In this document: piece by piece, positions 16,136 through 25,796 of the stretch
Position numbering within the stretch: position 1 is the first letter of the stretch
Layout of the letters: each line of letters begins with the position of its first letter
Assembly (NCBI GenBank): GCA_011773575.1
Contig: WVXJ01000137.1
Span: forward strand, 1-32,051
DNA length: 32,051 bases
Source of the DNA: Armatimonadota bacterium
GTDB taxonomy: Bacteria; Armatimonadota; Hebobacteria; Hebobacterales; WVXJ01
Direction: 5' to 3'
Made by a program: the position numbers and the translations under genes
Notes under the pieces: model-generated
Told to the model about the DNA's origin: nothing
Database searches by the model: none
Seen by the model: the letters and a program-made list of their open reading frames with translations, nothing else

Positions 16136-16351
16136 ATGTCCGACAGTGTCTACAAGGTGATCGAGCTGATAGGAACCAGCGAGAACTCGTGGGAAGAAGC
16201 GGCCCGCAACGCGATTGCGACTGCGTCGAAGACCCTGAAAGAGCTACGGGTCGCTGAGGTCGTTTCTCTCGATATGCAGCTGGATGACGGCAAGGTTGTG
16301 CGCTATCGCGCCAAGATCAAGGTTTCCTTCAAGTACCTCGAGAAGGAATGA
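16136..16351 (+). CDS. Dodecin family (flavin-binding) protein
   Basis: The start was moved to the ATG at 16136, preceded by GGGAGGAG. The sequence MSDSVYKVIELIGTSENSWEEAARNAIATASKTLKELRVAEVVSLDMQLDDGKVVRYRAKIKVSFKYLE matches the ~70-aa dodecin pattern (YKViEivGtS...W..A...a...A.kt...l....V......v..g.v..y...v.v.F). Confidence 0.85.
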   Translation: MSDSVYKVIELIGTSENSWEEAARNAIATASKTLKELRVAEVVSLDMQLDDGKVVRYRAKIKVSFKYLEKE

Positions 16352-16365
16352 ACTCTCATATTGCT

Positions 16366-16406
16366 GGCCTATCGCGCCGGAGACCGCCGAGGCGCTAACA
16401 TAGGCC
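16366..16406 (+). promoter_or_regulatory. Imperfect stem-loop (ggcctat-c-gcgcc ... ggcgc-taac-ataggcc) between the dodecin stop and the RBS of the next gene
   Basis: Arms read directly from the sequence. The 3' arm ends one nucleotide before the AAAGGAG ribosome-binding site of the 16420 gene. There is no U-tract. Confidence 0.35.
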
Positions 16407-16419
16407 AAAGGAGATGCCA

Positions 16420-16581
16420 ATGTCCGGGGCCATCGTCATACACGGTACTGTTCTCGCTTCGATCATCGCCCTGATAGCGGGGATTCTGATCCTGATCAGG
16501 CCACGACTGCTCAACTACGTCGTGGCGCTATACCTCATCATCATTGGAGTGCTTGGTCTGCTGAGTGCAATGATAAGATGA
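16420..16581 (+). CDS. 53-aa two-helix membrane protein (DUF3096-like)
   Basis: Below the ORF-track size cut-off. AAGGAG lies 6-7 nt upstream of the ATG at 16420, and an in-frame ATG at 16414 is too close to the SD. Sequence: MSGAIVIHGTVLASIIALIAGILILIRPRLLNYVVALYLIIIGVLGLLSAMIR, with TGA at 16579..16581. Confidence 0.6.
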   Translation: MSGAIVIHGTVLASIIALIAGILILIRPRLLNYVVALYLIIIGVLGLLSAMIR

Positions 16582-16635
16582 CGCGCCCTCCGCGAACGCG
16601 TTGGCAGGACATGATCTGGTCAAGACACGAGGGTT

Positions 16636-16663
16636 CTTCTTGCAGTCGCCATCCGGCAAGAAG
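16636..16663 (+). promoter_or_regulatory. 8-bp perfect hairpin (cttcttgc / gcaagaag, 12-nt loop) directly upstream of the phasin-like gene RBS
   Basis: Read directly from the sequence. The 3' arm is immediately followed by aGGAAGGAG (RBS) and the ATG at 16681. There is no U-tract. Confidence 0.35.
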
Positions 16664-16680
16664 AGGAAGGAGTTAACCAC

Positions 16681-17028
16681 ATGACCGAGACGGGAATCAC
16701 CTCATGGCATGAACTGCTCAACCGGACTGTTGAGCTGGGACTGGGAGCTGCTCTGCTCACCAGGGAGTCTGCGCAGAGACTCGCGGACGAACTCTTGAAG
16801 AAGGGAGAGATGAGCCGCGAGGAAGGCAAGAAGCTCGTCTCTGACATGCTCAAGAAGGGGAAGGATCAGAAGCAGCGGATGGAAGAGTTCGTCACCGGCA
16901 TTGTTGAACACGCGCTGGAGAAGATGGAGGTCGCGCGCCGAGCCCAGATTGAGCAGCTCGAGAAGCGAGTCGCAGCCCTTGAGAAGCGGCTCGACCGGCC
17001 TGGGCGGAGGTTCGGGCGGAGCATCTGA
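16681..17028 (+). CDS. Phasin-like / PHA-granule-associated-protein-like coiled-coil protein (COG3937-type)
   Basis: RBS GGAAGGAG. The sequence ...LLNRTVELGLGAALLTRESAQRLADELLKKGEMSREEGKKLVSDMLKKGKDQKQRMEEFV...QIEQLEKRVAALEKRL is the typical helical pattern of this family. Its stop lies 1 nt before the ABC1 kinase start, which is a recurrent gene pair. Confidence 0.65.
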   Translation: MTETGITSWHELLNRTVELGLGAALLTRESAQRLADELLKKGEMSREEGKKLVSDMLKKGKDQKQRMEEFVTGIVEHALEKMEVARRAQIEQLEKRVAALEKRLDRPGRRFGRSI

Positions 17029-17029
17029 A

Positions 17030-18694
17030 ATGATGGCTCTCGGCCTCGGCCTTCGGCATCTGAGTCGCCTCCGCGAGATTCTGTCGGTCCTCGTCATCGA
17101 CTTCGGCTTTGGCCACATCCTTGACCAACTCGGTGTTGCCGGCCAGCTCCCCGGCGTGCGGAGGCGTCGGCCTGCCCGTAGGGTTGAGGAGGCACCCGAC
17201 CCGCGCCGGTTGCGGCTTGCGCTGGCCGAGCTTGGCCCCACATTCATCAAGCTTGGACAGATGTTGAGTGCCCGGGGAGATATCCTTTCCCAGCCCGTAG
17301 TCGCGGAACTCCGCCGACTCCAGGATGAAGGTCCCGAGGTGCCGTTTTCGGAAGTCCGGGGCGTCATTGAACGGGAGCTCGGCCGGCCCGTAGAGCAATG
17401 CTATGCCTCCAGCAATCCGAAGCCGCTCTCGGCGGCCTCGCTCGGCCAGGTCCACGCCGCAGTCCTTCCTGATGGACGAGAGGTGACAGTCAAGGTGCTC
17501 CGGCCGGGTGTCCGTCGCCAGGTCGAGATAGATCTTCAGGTCCTGGGCGACATCGCAGTACTCCTGCATCGCCGGGTACCGTCACTCCGCAGCCACGACC
17601 TCCCGAGTTTCGTACGCCAGTTCTCCACGCAGATGCAGGACGAGATGTCCTACAGGATTGAGGCGTACAACGCCGACCGGCTGCGAGTGCGGCTTGAAGA
17701 GGCCGAGATCAATGTTCGCATTCCCCACGTCGTCTGGGATCTGACAACCAAGGAGGTGCTCACGACGGAGCGCGTGTATGGTCACCGCGCTGACCGCGGT
17801 CTAGCGCTTCCGCCTGACATCGACAATATCGCGGTCGCATCCCAGATCGGCCGCGCCGTTTTGCACCAGATCTTCGTATGCGGTTTCTTCCATGGCGACC
17901 CCCATCACGGGAACATGCTCGTGGGCGAGGATGGCGCGATCGTGCTGCTCGACTTCGGCATCATGGGGTACTTCGATCCGCGCACGCGCCGGCTCGTCGC
18001 GGACGCCGTCCGGCATGTCTATGAGGAAGACATCGACGGCCTCACCACCGCGTTATGCGAACTTGGCGTCGTGGGTGGAGATGCGAATATGCAGTCTCTC
18101 CGCAATGAGTTGGCGCGCATCGTCAGTCGCTTTATGCTACTTCCGCGGCGGGAGTTTCCACTGGGTGAGGTCTTGATGCAGACCCTGCGCGCTCTCTGGC
18201 TCAACAGCGTACGCGTGCCAGCCGAGCTTTCCCTGGCCGCCAAGGCGCTGCTATACGGCGAATCCGTCGCCACAGATGTCGATCCCGACTTCGACTTCCG
18301 AGACCTTACGCAGCCGATCCTCCGGGATGCACGCGCTCGCTCGCTCGCGCCCGGCGCGCTCGCAGATCGCCTTGCACGCGGCGTCGAGGATGCCGCCAGC
18401 CGCCTCTATCGAATGCCGATTCACCTGGAACGGGTGCTGTCTCTGATGCAACAGGGAGGGTTGCAGGTACGCGTCGAGGATGTGCAAGTGGAAACACGCT
18501 GGGGACGAATTGGCCGCGTGCTCAACCGAGTGGGTCTCAGCCTGCTCTCGGCCAGCCTGCTCGTCTCTGGCACGATGTTCATGGTTCAGGGAGAGCATGC
18601 CACTCACATCTGGCTAGGCACAACTGCCCTTTGTCTCGGTTTCGCCTGCGGCCTCATCGTAGTTGTCCGCAGCCTCCGGCCGGGACAGCTTTGA
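17030..18694 (+). CDS. ABC1/UbiB-family atypical protein kinase with C-terminal transmembrane helices
   Basis: The start was moved to MMALGLGLRHL at 17030. Motifs: LAELGPTFIKLGQMLSARGDIL, AAASLGQVHAAVLPDGREVTVKVLRPGV, GFFHGDPHHGNMLV and IVLLDFGIMG. The C-terminus has two hydrophobic helices. Confidence 0.88.
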   Translation: MMALGLGLRHLSRLREILSVLVIDFGFGHILDQLGVAGQLPGVRRRRPARRVEEAPDPRRLRLALAELGPTFIKLGQMLSARGDILSQPVVAELRRLQDEGPEVPFSEVRGVIERELGRPVEQCYASSNPKPLSAASLGQVHAAVLPDGREVTVKVLRPGVRRQVEIDLQVLGDIAVLLHRRVPSLRSHDLPSFVRQFSTQMQDEMSYRIEAYNADRLRVRLEEAEINVRIPHVVWDLTTKEVLTTERVYGHRADRGLALPPDIDNIAVASQIGRAVLHQIFVCGFFHGDPHHGNMLVGEDGAIVLLDFGIMGYFDPRTRRLVADAVRHVYEEDIDGLTTALCELGVVGGDANMQSLRNELARIVSRFMLLPRREFPLGEVLMQTLRALWLNSVRVPAELSLAAKALLYGESVATDVDPDFDFRDLTQPILRDARARSLAPGALADRLARGVEDAASRLYRMPIHLERVLSLMQQGGLQVRVEDVQVETRWGRIGRVLNRVGLSLLSASLLVSGTMFMVQGEHATHIWLGTTALCLGFACGLIVVVRSLRPGQL

Positions 18695-18736
18695 TCCGGC
18701 GCGTGCGAGTGACATGAGAGAGGTCGGGAGGTATCG

Positions 18737-20473
18737 GTGACTAGAGGAAGGACGCGTGGAATGGACATAGAGGCTTCTGTACCCGTTCCCCTGGTGGCCT
18801 ACTTCTCCATGGAAATCTGCCTGGAGCCGGAGATTCCCACCTACAGCGGCGGACTGGGGATCTTGGCAGGCGATACCGTGCGAGCAGCTGCCGATCTCGG
18901 CGTGCCCATGGTTGCTGTTAGCTTAGTGCATCGTAAGGGCTACTTCCATCAACACCTGGACGAAGATGGCAATCAGTCAGAAGCGCCCAGCCCTTGGAGC
19001 CCTGAGGATGTGCTGGAGCCCGTATCCCCGCACGTCTCCGTGTCCATCGACGGTCGAACGGTGCGCGCGCAGGCCTGGCGCTATCCAGTGCAGGGCATCG
19101 GGGGGCACGCGGTACCGGTATATCTGCTTGACACGGCTTTGGCGGAGAACTCCGAACACGACAAGACTCTCACGGACTACCTGTATGGTGGCGATGATCA
19201 CTACCGGCTGCGTCAGGAGGCCGTTCTCGGACTTGGCGGGGTCTGCCTACTGCGCGAACTTGGTATCACCGAGGACGTCTGCTATCACATGAACGAAGGG
19301 CACTCAGCGCTTCTCGCTCTCGCTCTGGTCGAGGGGCAGATGGCCAGCAAGGGGCCCGAGGCCGCTACCGACGAGATCGTAGAAGCGGCTAGACAGCAGT
19401 CCATCTTTACCACGCACACCCCGGTGCCCGCCGGCCATGATCAGTTCCCCATAAGCCTTGTTCGAGAAGTGTTGGGCGAGCGCCGCGCGGCGCTGCTGGA
19501 GGCGGCCGGCTGTTGCCTCGACGGGAGACTCAACATGACTCACACTGCGCTGCGCTTCTCCCGCTATGTCAATGGCGTCTCAATGCGCCATGACGAGGTC
19601 TCCAGCGGGATGTTCCCAGGCTATCCCGTGAACGCAATCACCAACGGCGTGCACGCTGTCACCTGGACGTCGCCTGCCTTTCAGGCGCTGTACGACAAGC
19701 ATGTTCCCGAGTGGCGGCGTGACAACTACTACCTCCGGTATGCTGTAGGCATTCCACTTGACGAAATCCAGCAGGCCCACACTGGGGCCAAGAAAGAACT
19801 GCTGGCCGTGGTGAAAGAGAGAGCCGGGGTGGCCCTGGACAAGGATACACTGACCATCGGCTTCGCGCGCCGAGCCACAGGTTACAAGCGGGCTGACCTG
19901 TTGTTCTCGGATCTGGACAGGCTGAGGTCCATCGCACGCCGGATGGGACCACTGCAGGCAATCTACGCGGGAAAGGCGCATCCTCGGGATCAAGAGGGGA
20001 AGAACATGATCCGCCGCGTATTCCAGGCCGCGGCCGAATTAGGAGACACCGCTCCCGTGGTCTACCTCGAGGACTACGATGCTGCTCTCGCTCGCTTGCT
20101 CTGCTCTGGAGTTGACCTGTGGCTCAACACTCCTCTGCCGCCGCACGAGGCCTCTGGAACCAGCGGCATGAAGGCTGCGCTCAATGGAATCCCCAGCTTG
20201 AGCGTGCTGGATGGCTGGTGGATCGAGGGACACGTAGAAGGCGTCACAGGCTGGTCTATCGGCGACAGCGTGGGAACCTCGTCGGATTCGGCTGTGGAGG
20301 CCGCGTCACTATACGACAAGCTGGAGCAAGTGATCCTTCCGCTCTTCTGCCAGCACCCAAAGGCCTACGCCCAGATAATGCGTAACGCTATCGCCATGAA
20401 CGGTTCCTTCTTCAACACTCAGCGGATGATGTCCCAGTACGTGAGGAACGCCTACCCAGCGGCACGGGGATAG
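18737..20473 (+). CDS. glgP: Alpha-glucan (glycogen/maltodextrin) phosphorylase, short GT35 type
   Basis: GTG at 18737, preceded by GGGAGG with a 5-nt spacer. Motifs: YFSMEI, SGGLGILAGD, MNEGHSALL, ITNGVH, and EASGTSGMKAALNG (PLP lysine motif). 578 aa. Confidence 0.88.
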   Translation: MTRGRTRGMDIEASVPVPLVAYFSMEICLEPEIPTYSGGLGILAGDTVRAAADLGVPMVAVSLVHRKGYFHQHLDEDGNQSEAPSPWSPEDVLEPVSPHVSVSIDGRTVRAQAWRYPVQGIGGHAVPVYLLDTALAENSEHDKTLTDYLYGGDDHYRLRQEAVLGLGGVCLLRELGITEDVCYHMNEGHSALLALALVEGQMASKGPEAATDEIVEAARQQSIFTTHTPVPAGHDQFPISLVREVLGERRAALLEAAGCCLDGRLNMTHTALRFSRYVNGVSMRHDEVSSGMFPGYPVNAITNGVHAVTWTSPAFQALYDKHVPEWRRDNYYLRYAVGIPLDEIQQAHTGAKKELLAVVKERAGVALDKDTLTIGFARRATGYKRADLLFSDLDRLRSIARRMGPLQAIYAGKAHPRDQEGKNMIRRVFQAAAELGDTAPVVYLEDYDAALARLLCSGVDLWLNTPLPPHEASGTSGMKAALNGIPSLSVLDGWWIEGHVEGVTGWSIGDSVGTSSDSAVEAASLYDKLEQVILPLFCQHPKAYAQIMRNAIAMNGSFFNTQRMMSQYVRNAYPAARG

Positions 20474-20602
20474 CCCGCTGACGACGATCGGGCGAGAGCG
20501 ACCTGCCCAGGCACCAAAGGCGAGGCGACTGCATAGGGCCAAGTGACGAATCTCGACCTCCACAAACCGAAGTGCGGCATGGGCAGCACTCAGATCAGCG
20601 AT

Positions 20603-23329
20603 TCACTGCGACAATTGAGCGGACCGTCGAGCTAGGACGAGCTTGCCGACCTGCCCACCGATCAGTGGCAGCGCGCTCATCCCCAGAATCACCGACCATC
20701 CCGCCGCGTCGGGCGGGACGACCTTCAGCACGTGAGCCAGGAACGGGATGTACAGCGCTCCAAGAAGAAGCACAAGGCAGAGGCTTAGAGCGCCCCACAC
20801 ATAGGTGTTGGAAACGACGTCATTGCGAAGTATGCCAGACGCGGCGTCGCGCATGTTGAAGACGTGCCAGAGCTGGGCGAAGGCGAGAGTCAGGAAAGAA
20901 ACGGTTACCGCTCTGGGTGTATCTATGTGGAGCCAGAGCAGGGAGAGCGCCAGCGCCCCCAATACTGCGGCCGCGATCCCGGCTCCGTAGCCGCCGACTC
21001 CTTTCCAGTGGCGTGAGGTGAGGATCGGTTCGCGCGGGTCGCGCGGCGGATGATCCATGATGGCCGGCTCTCCTTTTCCCATGCCCAATGCGAGAGCAGG
21101 AAACACATCGGTCACCAGATTCAGGAACAGGATTTGCAGGGGCAGAATGGGCAAAGGCGCGTTGACGATGGAAGCAAGGCCGACAATCATCACCTCTGCG
21201 ACATTGCACGACAGCAGGTAGAACACGAATCTGCGGAGGTTGCGGAAGATGACTCGACCCTGTTCAACGGCGTGGACAATGGTGGCGAAGGCATCGTCGA
21301 GCAGGACCATGTCCGAGGCCTCGCGTGCTACCTGGGTGCCGCGCCGGCCCATGGCAATACCGATGTCCGCTTTCTTGAGCGCGGGAGCATCGTTCACGCC
21401 GTCGCCAGTCATCGCCACAATGGCATGGTTGCTCTGATACAGGTCAACCAGATGAAGTTTCTGTTCGGGGCTTACGCGGGCGAAGATGCGGGCCTCCGTG
21501 AAACGGCGGCGCTCCTCCTCGGATAGCTCCTCTACGGGCCGGATCTCGTCTCCCATGATCACATCCGCGTCGCCCTCGTCCCGCAGACCTAAGCTGTGGG
21601 CGACGTTACGGGCGGTGGCCGCTTGATCGCCGGTCACCATGACGATCCGGATACCGGCAGACTGCGCAGCACCAATCGGCCTTCGCACTTCCTCGCGCGC
21701 CGGGTCGCGCAGTCCCACGAGACCCACGAAGAGCAGGTCGCGATAGGGTTCGTCCTCGGGCGACTGCACGGTCTTCTCGGCCAGCGCCAGCACCCGCAGG
21801 CCGTCCTCGGCAAGATCTTTGTTGCGGCCGAGCCATCGCTCACGGTCGAAGTCGTTGTCGCCCTGGCTGCCAGCGGCATTGGAGCAGACCTCCAGCACGG
21901 CTTCGGGCGCGCCCTTGACAGCTACCCGGTAACCTCCTTCACTCTCATGGGCGGTAGCCATCATCTTCAGGTCAGGGTCGAACGCGTGCTCCTTGGCTTC
22001 GGACATTTCCTCCACCACATTGGGTCTCCGCAGGCCCGCCTTCTCACCTGCGACAAGCAGCGCCACCTCCATGGGATCGCCCACGGCCCTGTCTTCATCC
22101 TTCTCCGCATCCAGGTCTAGAGATGCGCCATTGCAGAGCACGCCGATCTCGAGGGCGCTTCGCAGCAGTGGCTCGTCCTCAACATTCACAGCCCGGCCGT
22201 CCCTGTGGAATTTGCCTTGGCGCGCCAGCGCGGCCCCGGTCACTTCCACGTCTCCATCTGGGAGAGCGAACAAGGAGACAGACATTCGGTTCTCGGTGAG
22301 GGTACCGGTCTTGTCGGTGCAGATGATGTTTGTCGCGCCCAGCGTCTCAACCGCGGAGAGACGGTTGATGAGCGCGTTGCGTCGTGCCATCCGCAGCATG
22401 CCGCGGGCGAGGGCTGCGGTAGCGACGATGGGCAGCCCCTCGGGAATGGTCGCCACGGCAAGTGCAATGGCCGTCTCAATAATGAGCAGCAGATCTCTGC
22501 CGCGGAGGAGACCCGCGGTCAACACCAGCGCGGCGATAACAAGCGTCACCCAGACCAGCCTCTGTCCCAGTTGATCGAGCCGCCTCTCCAGCGGGGTCGC
22601 CTGCTCGTGCGTCTCCTCCGCTAGGGTGGCCACGCGGCCCAATTCGGTGTTAACCCCGACTGCGACGACCACAGCCTCGCCTGTCCCTTGCGTAATGGCT
22701 GTGCCCTTGAAGGCCATGTTCGAGCGCTCAGCCAGGGGAGTACCTTCGGCGATATCTTCGACCTGCTTGGTAACCGGCACAGACTCTCCGGTGAGGGTGG
22801 ACTCGTCAAGCTGAAGGTTCGAAGCTTCAACCAGGCGCAAGTCTGCTGCGATCACGTCCCCGGCTTCCAGGATGGCGATGTCCCCAGGAACCAGGGCCCA
22901 TGCAGGCACGACGCGGACGGCGCCATTTCGGCGCACGGTGGCGGACTGGCGCCCGAGCCGTCGAAGCGCCTCCATGGACCGGGCGGCGCGTATCTCCGTG
23001 GCAAAGCCGATGGCCGCGTTGATCACGACTACCGCGGCGATGGCAATGCCGTCCACCCATTCCCCAAAGGCGAAGGCCACCAGCGCGGCCGCCACCAGAA
23101 GCAGAACCACCAGGCTCCTGAACTGATTCAGCAGAACCGCCCAGACGCTCATACGCCTGGCCTCGGGCAGGGCATTGACGCCGTGTCGGCGTCGCCTTCG
23201 CCTCACCTCATTGGCCGTGAGCCCGGTCTCGGGGGAAACGCCAATATCTTCCAGGACTTTGCCGGCGGCCTGCGCCCACGGCTTCATCGGCAAGCTTGCG
23301 GTCTGATGTTGGGGATCGGTCTTGGTCAT
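20603..23329 (-). CDS. P2-type cation-transporting P-type ATPase (Ca2+/Na+/Mg2+ class; specificity not determinable)
   Basis: Motifs: ICTDKTGTLTEN (phospho-Asp), TGESVPV, IPEGLPIVAT (TM4), MVTGDQ, MTGDGVNDAPALKKADIGIAMG, and LFLNLVTDVFPALALG (TM6). 908 aa. It starts 41 nt downstream of atpG on the same strand. Confidence 0.88.
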   Translation of the reverse strand: MTKTDPQHQTASLPMKPWAQAAGKVLEDIGVSPETGLTANEVRRRRRRHGVNALPEARRMSVWAVLLNQFRSLVVLLLVAAALVAFAFGEWVDGIAIAAVVVINAAIGFATEIRAARSMEALRRLGRQSATVRRNGAVRVVPAWALVPGDIAILEAGDVIAADLRLVEASNLQLDESTLTGESVPVTKQVEDIAEGTPLAERSNMAFKGTAITQGTGEAVVVAVGVNTELGRVATLAEETHEQATPLERRLDQLGQRLVWVTLVIAALVLTAGLLRGRDLLLIIETAIALAVATIPEGLPIVATAALARGMLRMARRNALINRLSAVETLGATNIICTDKTGTLTENRMSVSLFALPDGDVEVTGAALARQGKFHRDGRAVNVEDEPLLRSALEIGVLCNGASLDLDAEKDEDRAVGDPMEVALLVAGEKAGLRRPNVVEEMSEAKEHAFDPDLKMMATAHESEGGYRVAVKGAPEAVLEVCSNAAGSQGDNDFDRERWLGRNKDLAEDGLRVLALAEKTVQSPEDEPYRDLLFVGLVGLRDPAREEVRRPIGAAQSAGIRIVMVTGDQAATARNVAHSLGLRDEGDADVIMGDEIRPVEELSEEERRRFTEARIFARVSPEQKLHLVDLYQSNHAIVAMTGDGVNDAPALKKADIGIAMGRRGTQVAREASDMVLLDDAFATIVHAVEQGRVIFRNLRRFVFYLLSCNVAEVMIVGLASIVNAPLPILPLQILFLNLVTDVFPALALGMGKGEPAIMDHPPRDPREPILTSRHWKGVGGYGAGIAAAVLGALALSLLWLHIDTPRAVTVSFLTLAFAQLWHVFNMRDAASGILRNDVVSNTYVWGALSLCLVLLLGALYIPFLAHVLKVVPPDAAGWSVILGMSALPLIGGQVGKLVLARRSAQLSQ

Positions 23330-23370
23330 AATTCCTGCCAGTCGGGCCAGGTTGGGTGGCGACAGCGTGC

Positions 23371-24264
23371 TTACTGCTGTGACTCGGCGCTGAGTGCCTC
23401 GAAGCCGCCAACGATATCGAGCAACTCTGCTGTAATGGATGACTGGCGCTGCTGATGGAACTGCTTGCGCAGTTCCTGAATGCGCTCCTCAATGTTCCGC
23501 TCAGCGGCCTGCATCGAGGCCATGCGGCTGGCGTTTTCGGCTGCTAGGGACTCAAGCACAGATTGGTACACGGAAACAAGAAGATGCTGTCGGATCAGCG
23601 CGGAGAAGAGCGAGTCCCAACCCACGGTGAACATCGGGAGGGTCTTTCCGGTCCAGCGCCGTTCCTCAAGCGCTTGCAGCCAGTCAGCGTCCACCGGGAG
23701 GAGTTGGCGAGTATTCGACCGATAGCTTTGCCGAGAAGTCGGTTGATTGTGGAGAATCATCACGCGATCAACCCCGCGCTCGTCACGCCACCGGTCCATC
23801 TTCAGCAGAATATCCTGGACGAGGGGGGTGATCCCCGAAAGCGAAGTCGGGATTGAGAAGACTTCACCAGGTTGTATGCCGACCTGCTCCAGGGGAAACG
23901 GGAGACGGAGACCGATCGCGAGGATATCTCCATCGCTAGACGCAATACCCATCTCACCTATCTTCCGGGCCGCGTAACGAGCAATGTCCTCATTGAACTG
24001 TCCGCACATGCCCTGATCTGACCCAATAATGATGGCCCCCGCCCGCTTGCTGCCTATGGGTGCCGCGACGCTTAACTCTTCGGGCCGGTTGCGGAGCGCT
24101 ATCCGGAGTCCGAACTCGACTGTGTGATGGTAATCTCGGAGCGAGTCAACGGCCTCCTGGAAATGACGAATACTGAGTGCCGCCAGGGCTTTCATGGTCT
24201 TGACCACAGACCGCAAGTCGTCAGCCGTGTCGATCTTGGCTTGCAGCTCCTCAAGCGTTTGCAT
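23371..24264 (-). CDS. atpG: F-type (N-ATPase operon) ATP synthase gamma subunit
   Basis: The N-terminal sequence LEELQAKIDTADDLRSVVKTMKALAALSIR and the C-terminal sequence NASRMASMQAAERNIEERIQEL...RQSSITAELLDIVGG are typical of gamma subunits. It is the last gene of the atpDCQRBEFAG order. Confidence 0.88.
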   Translation of the reverse strand: MQTLEELQAKIDTADDLRSVVKTMKALAALSIRHFQEAVDSLRDYHHTVEFGLRIALRNRPEELSVAAPIGSKRAGAIIIGSDQGMCGQFNEDIARYAARKIGEMGIASSDGDILAIGLRLPFPLEQVGIQPGEVFSIPTSLSGITPLVQDILLKMDRWRDERGVDRVMILHNQPTSRQSYRSNTRQLLPVDADWLQALEERRWTGKTLPMFTVGWDSLFSALIRQHLLVSVYQSVLESLAAENASRMASMQAAERNIEERIQELRKQFHQQRQSSITAELLDIVGGFEALSAESQQ

Positions 24265-24266
24265 CT

Positions 24267-25796
24267 TCAGTCGCTCCCGAATGATTCCAGCGCCTGTCGC
24301 GCTGTATCCAGGATTTGCTGCTGGTCTTCGCTTGCGAGATGGTCGCCATGGTGAATCTTGTCCGCCGCATCCGACAGCCTGTCAGCGACGGCCTTCCTCA
24401 CTACCTGCTCGGCCCGCGCGATGTCTTTCACATCAATGTCGTCGAAGAGGCCGCGGGTAACCGCCAGAAGGACGGCCATCTGCTCGGCCGGGGGGATGGG
24501 CGCATATTGCGGCTGCTTCAGGCTCTCCCGAATCCTTCGCCCGCGCTCGATGGTGCGGCGCGTGTCCTCGTCGAGGCGTGTTCCGAAGCGCGAGAAGGCC
24601 TCAAGTTCCTCGAACTGCGAATAGGAGAGGCGAAGATCGCCCGCCACCTCCTGATAGGCGGGAAGCTGGGCCTTGCCCCCCACCCGCGAGACCGAACGCC
24701 CTACATCCACGGCCGGCAGCAAGCCTTTCTGCTGGAGATCAGGCGAGACATAGACTTGTCCATCGGTGATGGAGATGAGGTTGGTGGGGATGTAGGCGGA
24801 GATGTTCTGCGCCTCGGTCTGGATGATGGGGAGCGCGGTGAGGGAGCCGCCTCGATTCTCCTTGAGATTGGTGGCGCGTTCGAGCAGATGGGAGTGGATG
24901 TAGAAAATGTCGCCGGGATAGGCCTCTCTCCCTGGCGGCCGTCGCAGCAGCAGGGACAGCTCGCGGTAGGCCCGCGCATGGCGGGTGAGGTCATCGTAGA
25001 CAATAAGGACATCCCGTCCCTGCCGCATGAAGTGCTCGGCCATGCTGGTCGCGGCGTAGGGGGAGATGTACTGGAGGCCGGGTGCGTCGTCGCCGGTGGT
25101 GACCATTAGCGTGGTGTGGTCGAGGGCGTCATGATCGCGCAGATCGGCGACCACCTTGGCCACCGCCGAGCCGCGCTGCCCGATGGCGCAGTAGATGCAG
25201 AGCACATCGTAGTTCTTCTGGTTGATGATGGTGTCTACCGCGATCGCCGTCTTGCCTGTCTGGCGATCACCGAGGATGAGCTCGCGCTGCCCGCGTCCGA
25301 TGGGGATGAGGGCGTCCACTACTTTGATGCCCGTCTGCAGGGGGACGCTTACGGCCTGGCGTTCCATGATGCCCGGCGCCGGCTGCTCCACCTCGCGGCG
25401 GCGGGTAGTGTGGATGGGGCCGCGTCCGTCAACGGGGCGTCCCAGGGCGTCAACTACTCGGCCGAGGAGCGCGTCGCCCACCGGAACGTCGAGCAGGCGA
25501 TGCGTGCGCCGGACCTCGTTGCCAGCTTCGATGTGCTCGCTCTCGCCGAGAAGGACAACGCCAACCTCGTTGGGGTCCAGGTTGAAAGCAAGGCCGGGCA
25601 GGTCGCCTGGGAAGGAGATCAGTTCCTCGGAGCGGACTGTGGGGAGGCCGGAGACTCGAGCGATGCCCTTGGCTACGTAGGTGACAGTACCCGTCTCCTG
25701 GACCCCCAGTTGGAGGAGAGGGCGGTCAAGGAGGCGATCCAAGGCCTTCGTCAGGTCTTCGGTTACCGTTCTGAGATGCCGGTCGTCACTCGCCAT
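24267..25796 (-). CDS. atpA: ATP synthase alpha subunit (N-ATPase operon)
   Basis: Walker A motif GDRQTGKT, plus [54 protein letters not shown] and [11 protein letters not shown]. 509 aa. Confidence 0.92.
   Translation of the reverse strand: MASDDRHLRTVTEDLTKALDRLLDRPLLQLGVQETGTVTYVAKGIARVSGLPTVRSEELISFPGDLPGLAFNLDPNEVGVVLLGESEHIEAGNEVRRTHRLLDVPVGDALLGRVVDALGRPVDGRGPIHTTRRREVEQPAPGIMERQAVSVPLQTGIKVVDALIPIGRGQRELILGDRQTGKTAIAVDTIINQKNYDVLCIYCAIGQRGSAVAKVVADLRDHDALDHTTLMVTTGDDAPGLQYISPYAATSMAEHFMRQGRDVLIVYDDLTRHARAYRELSLLLRRPPGREAYPGDIFYIHSHLLERATNLKENRGGSLTALPIIQTEAQNISAYIPTNLISITDGQVYVSPDLQQKGLLPAVDVGRSVSRVGGKAQLPAYQEVAGDLRLSYSQFEELEAFSRFGTRLDEDTRRTIERGRRIRESLKQPQYAPIPPAEQMAVLLAVTRGLFDDIDVKDIARAEQVVRKAVADRLSDAADKIHHGDHLASEDQQQILDTARQALESFGSD

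Noticed and set aside
15811-16137. 108-aa Cys-rich minus-strand ORF (…CGCSQAVGKPQGYCRCVP…CDCNCGVEG…) overlapping the dodecin start.
   Set aside because: Third-position GC is only ~60% by hand count, lower than that of real genes here. There is no SD. It overlaps the dodecin RBS and start in antisense, and the Cys pattern does not match a family I know.
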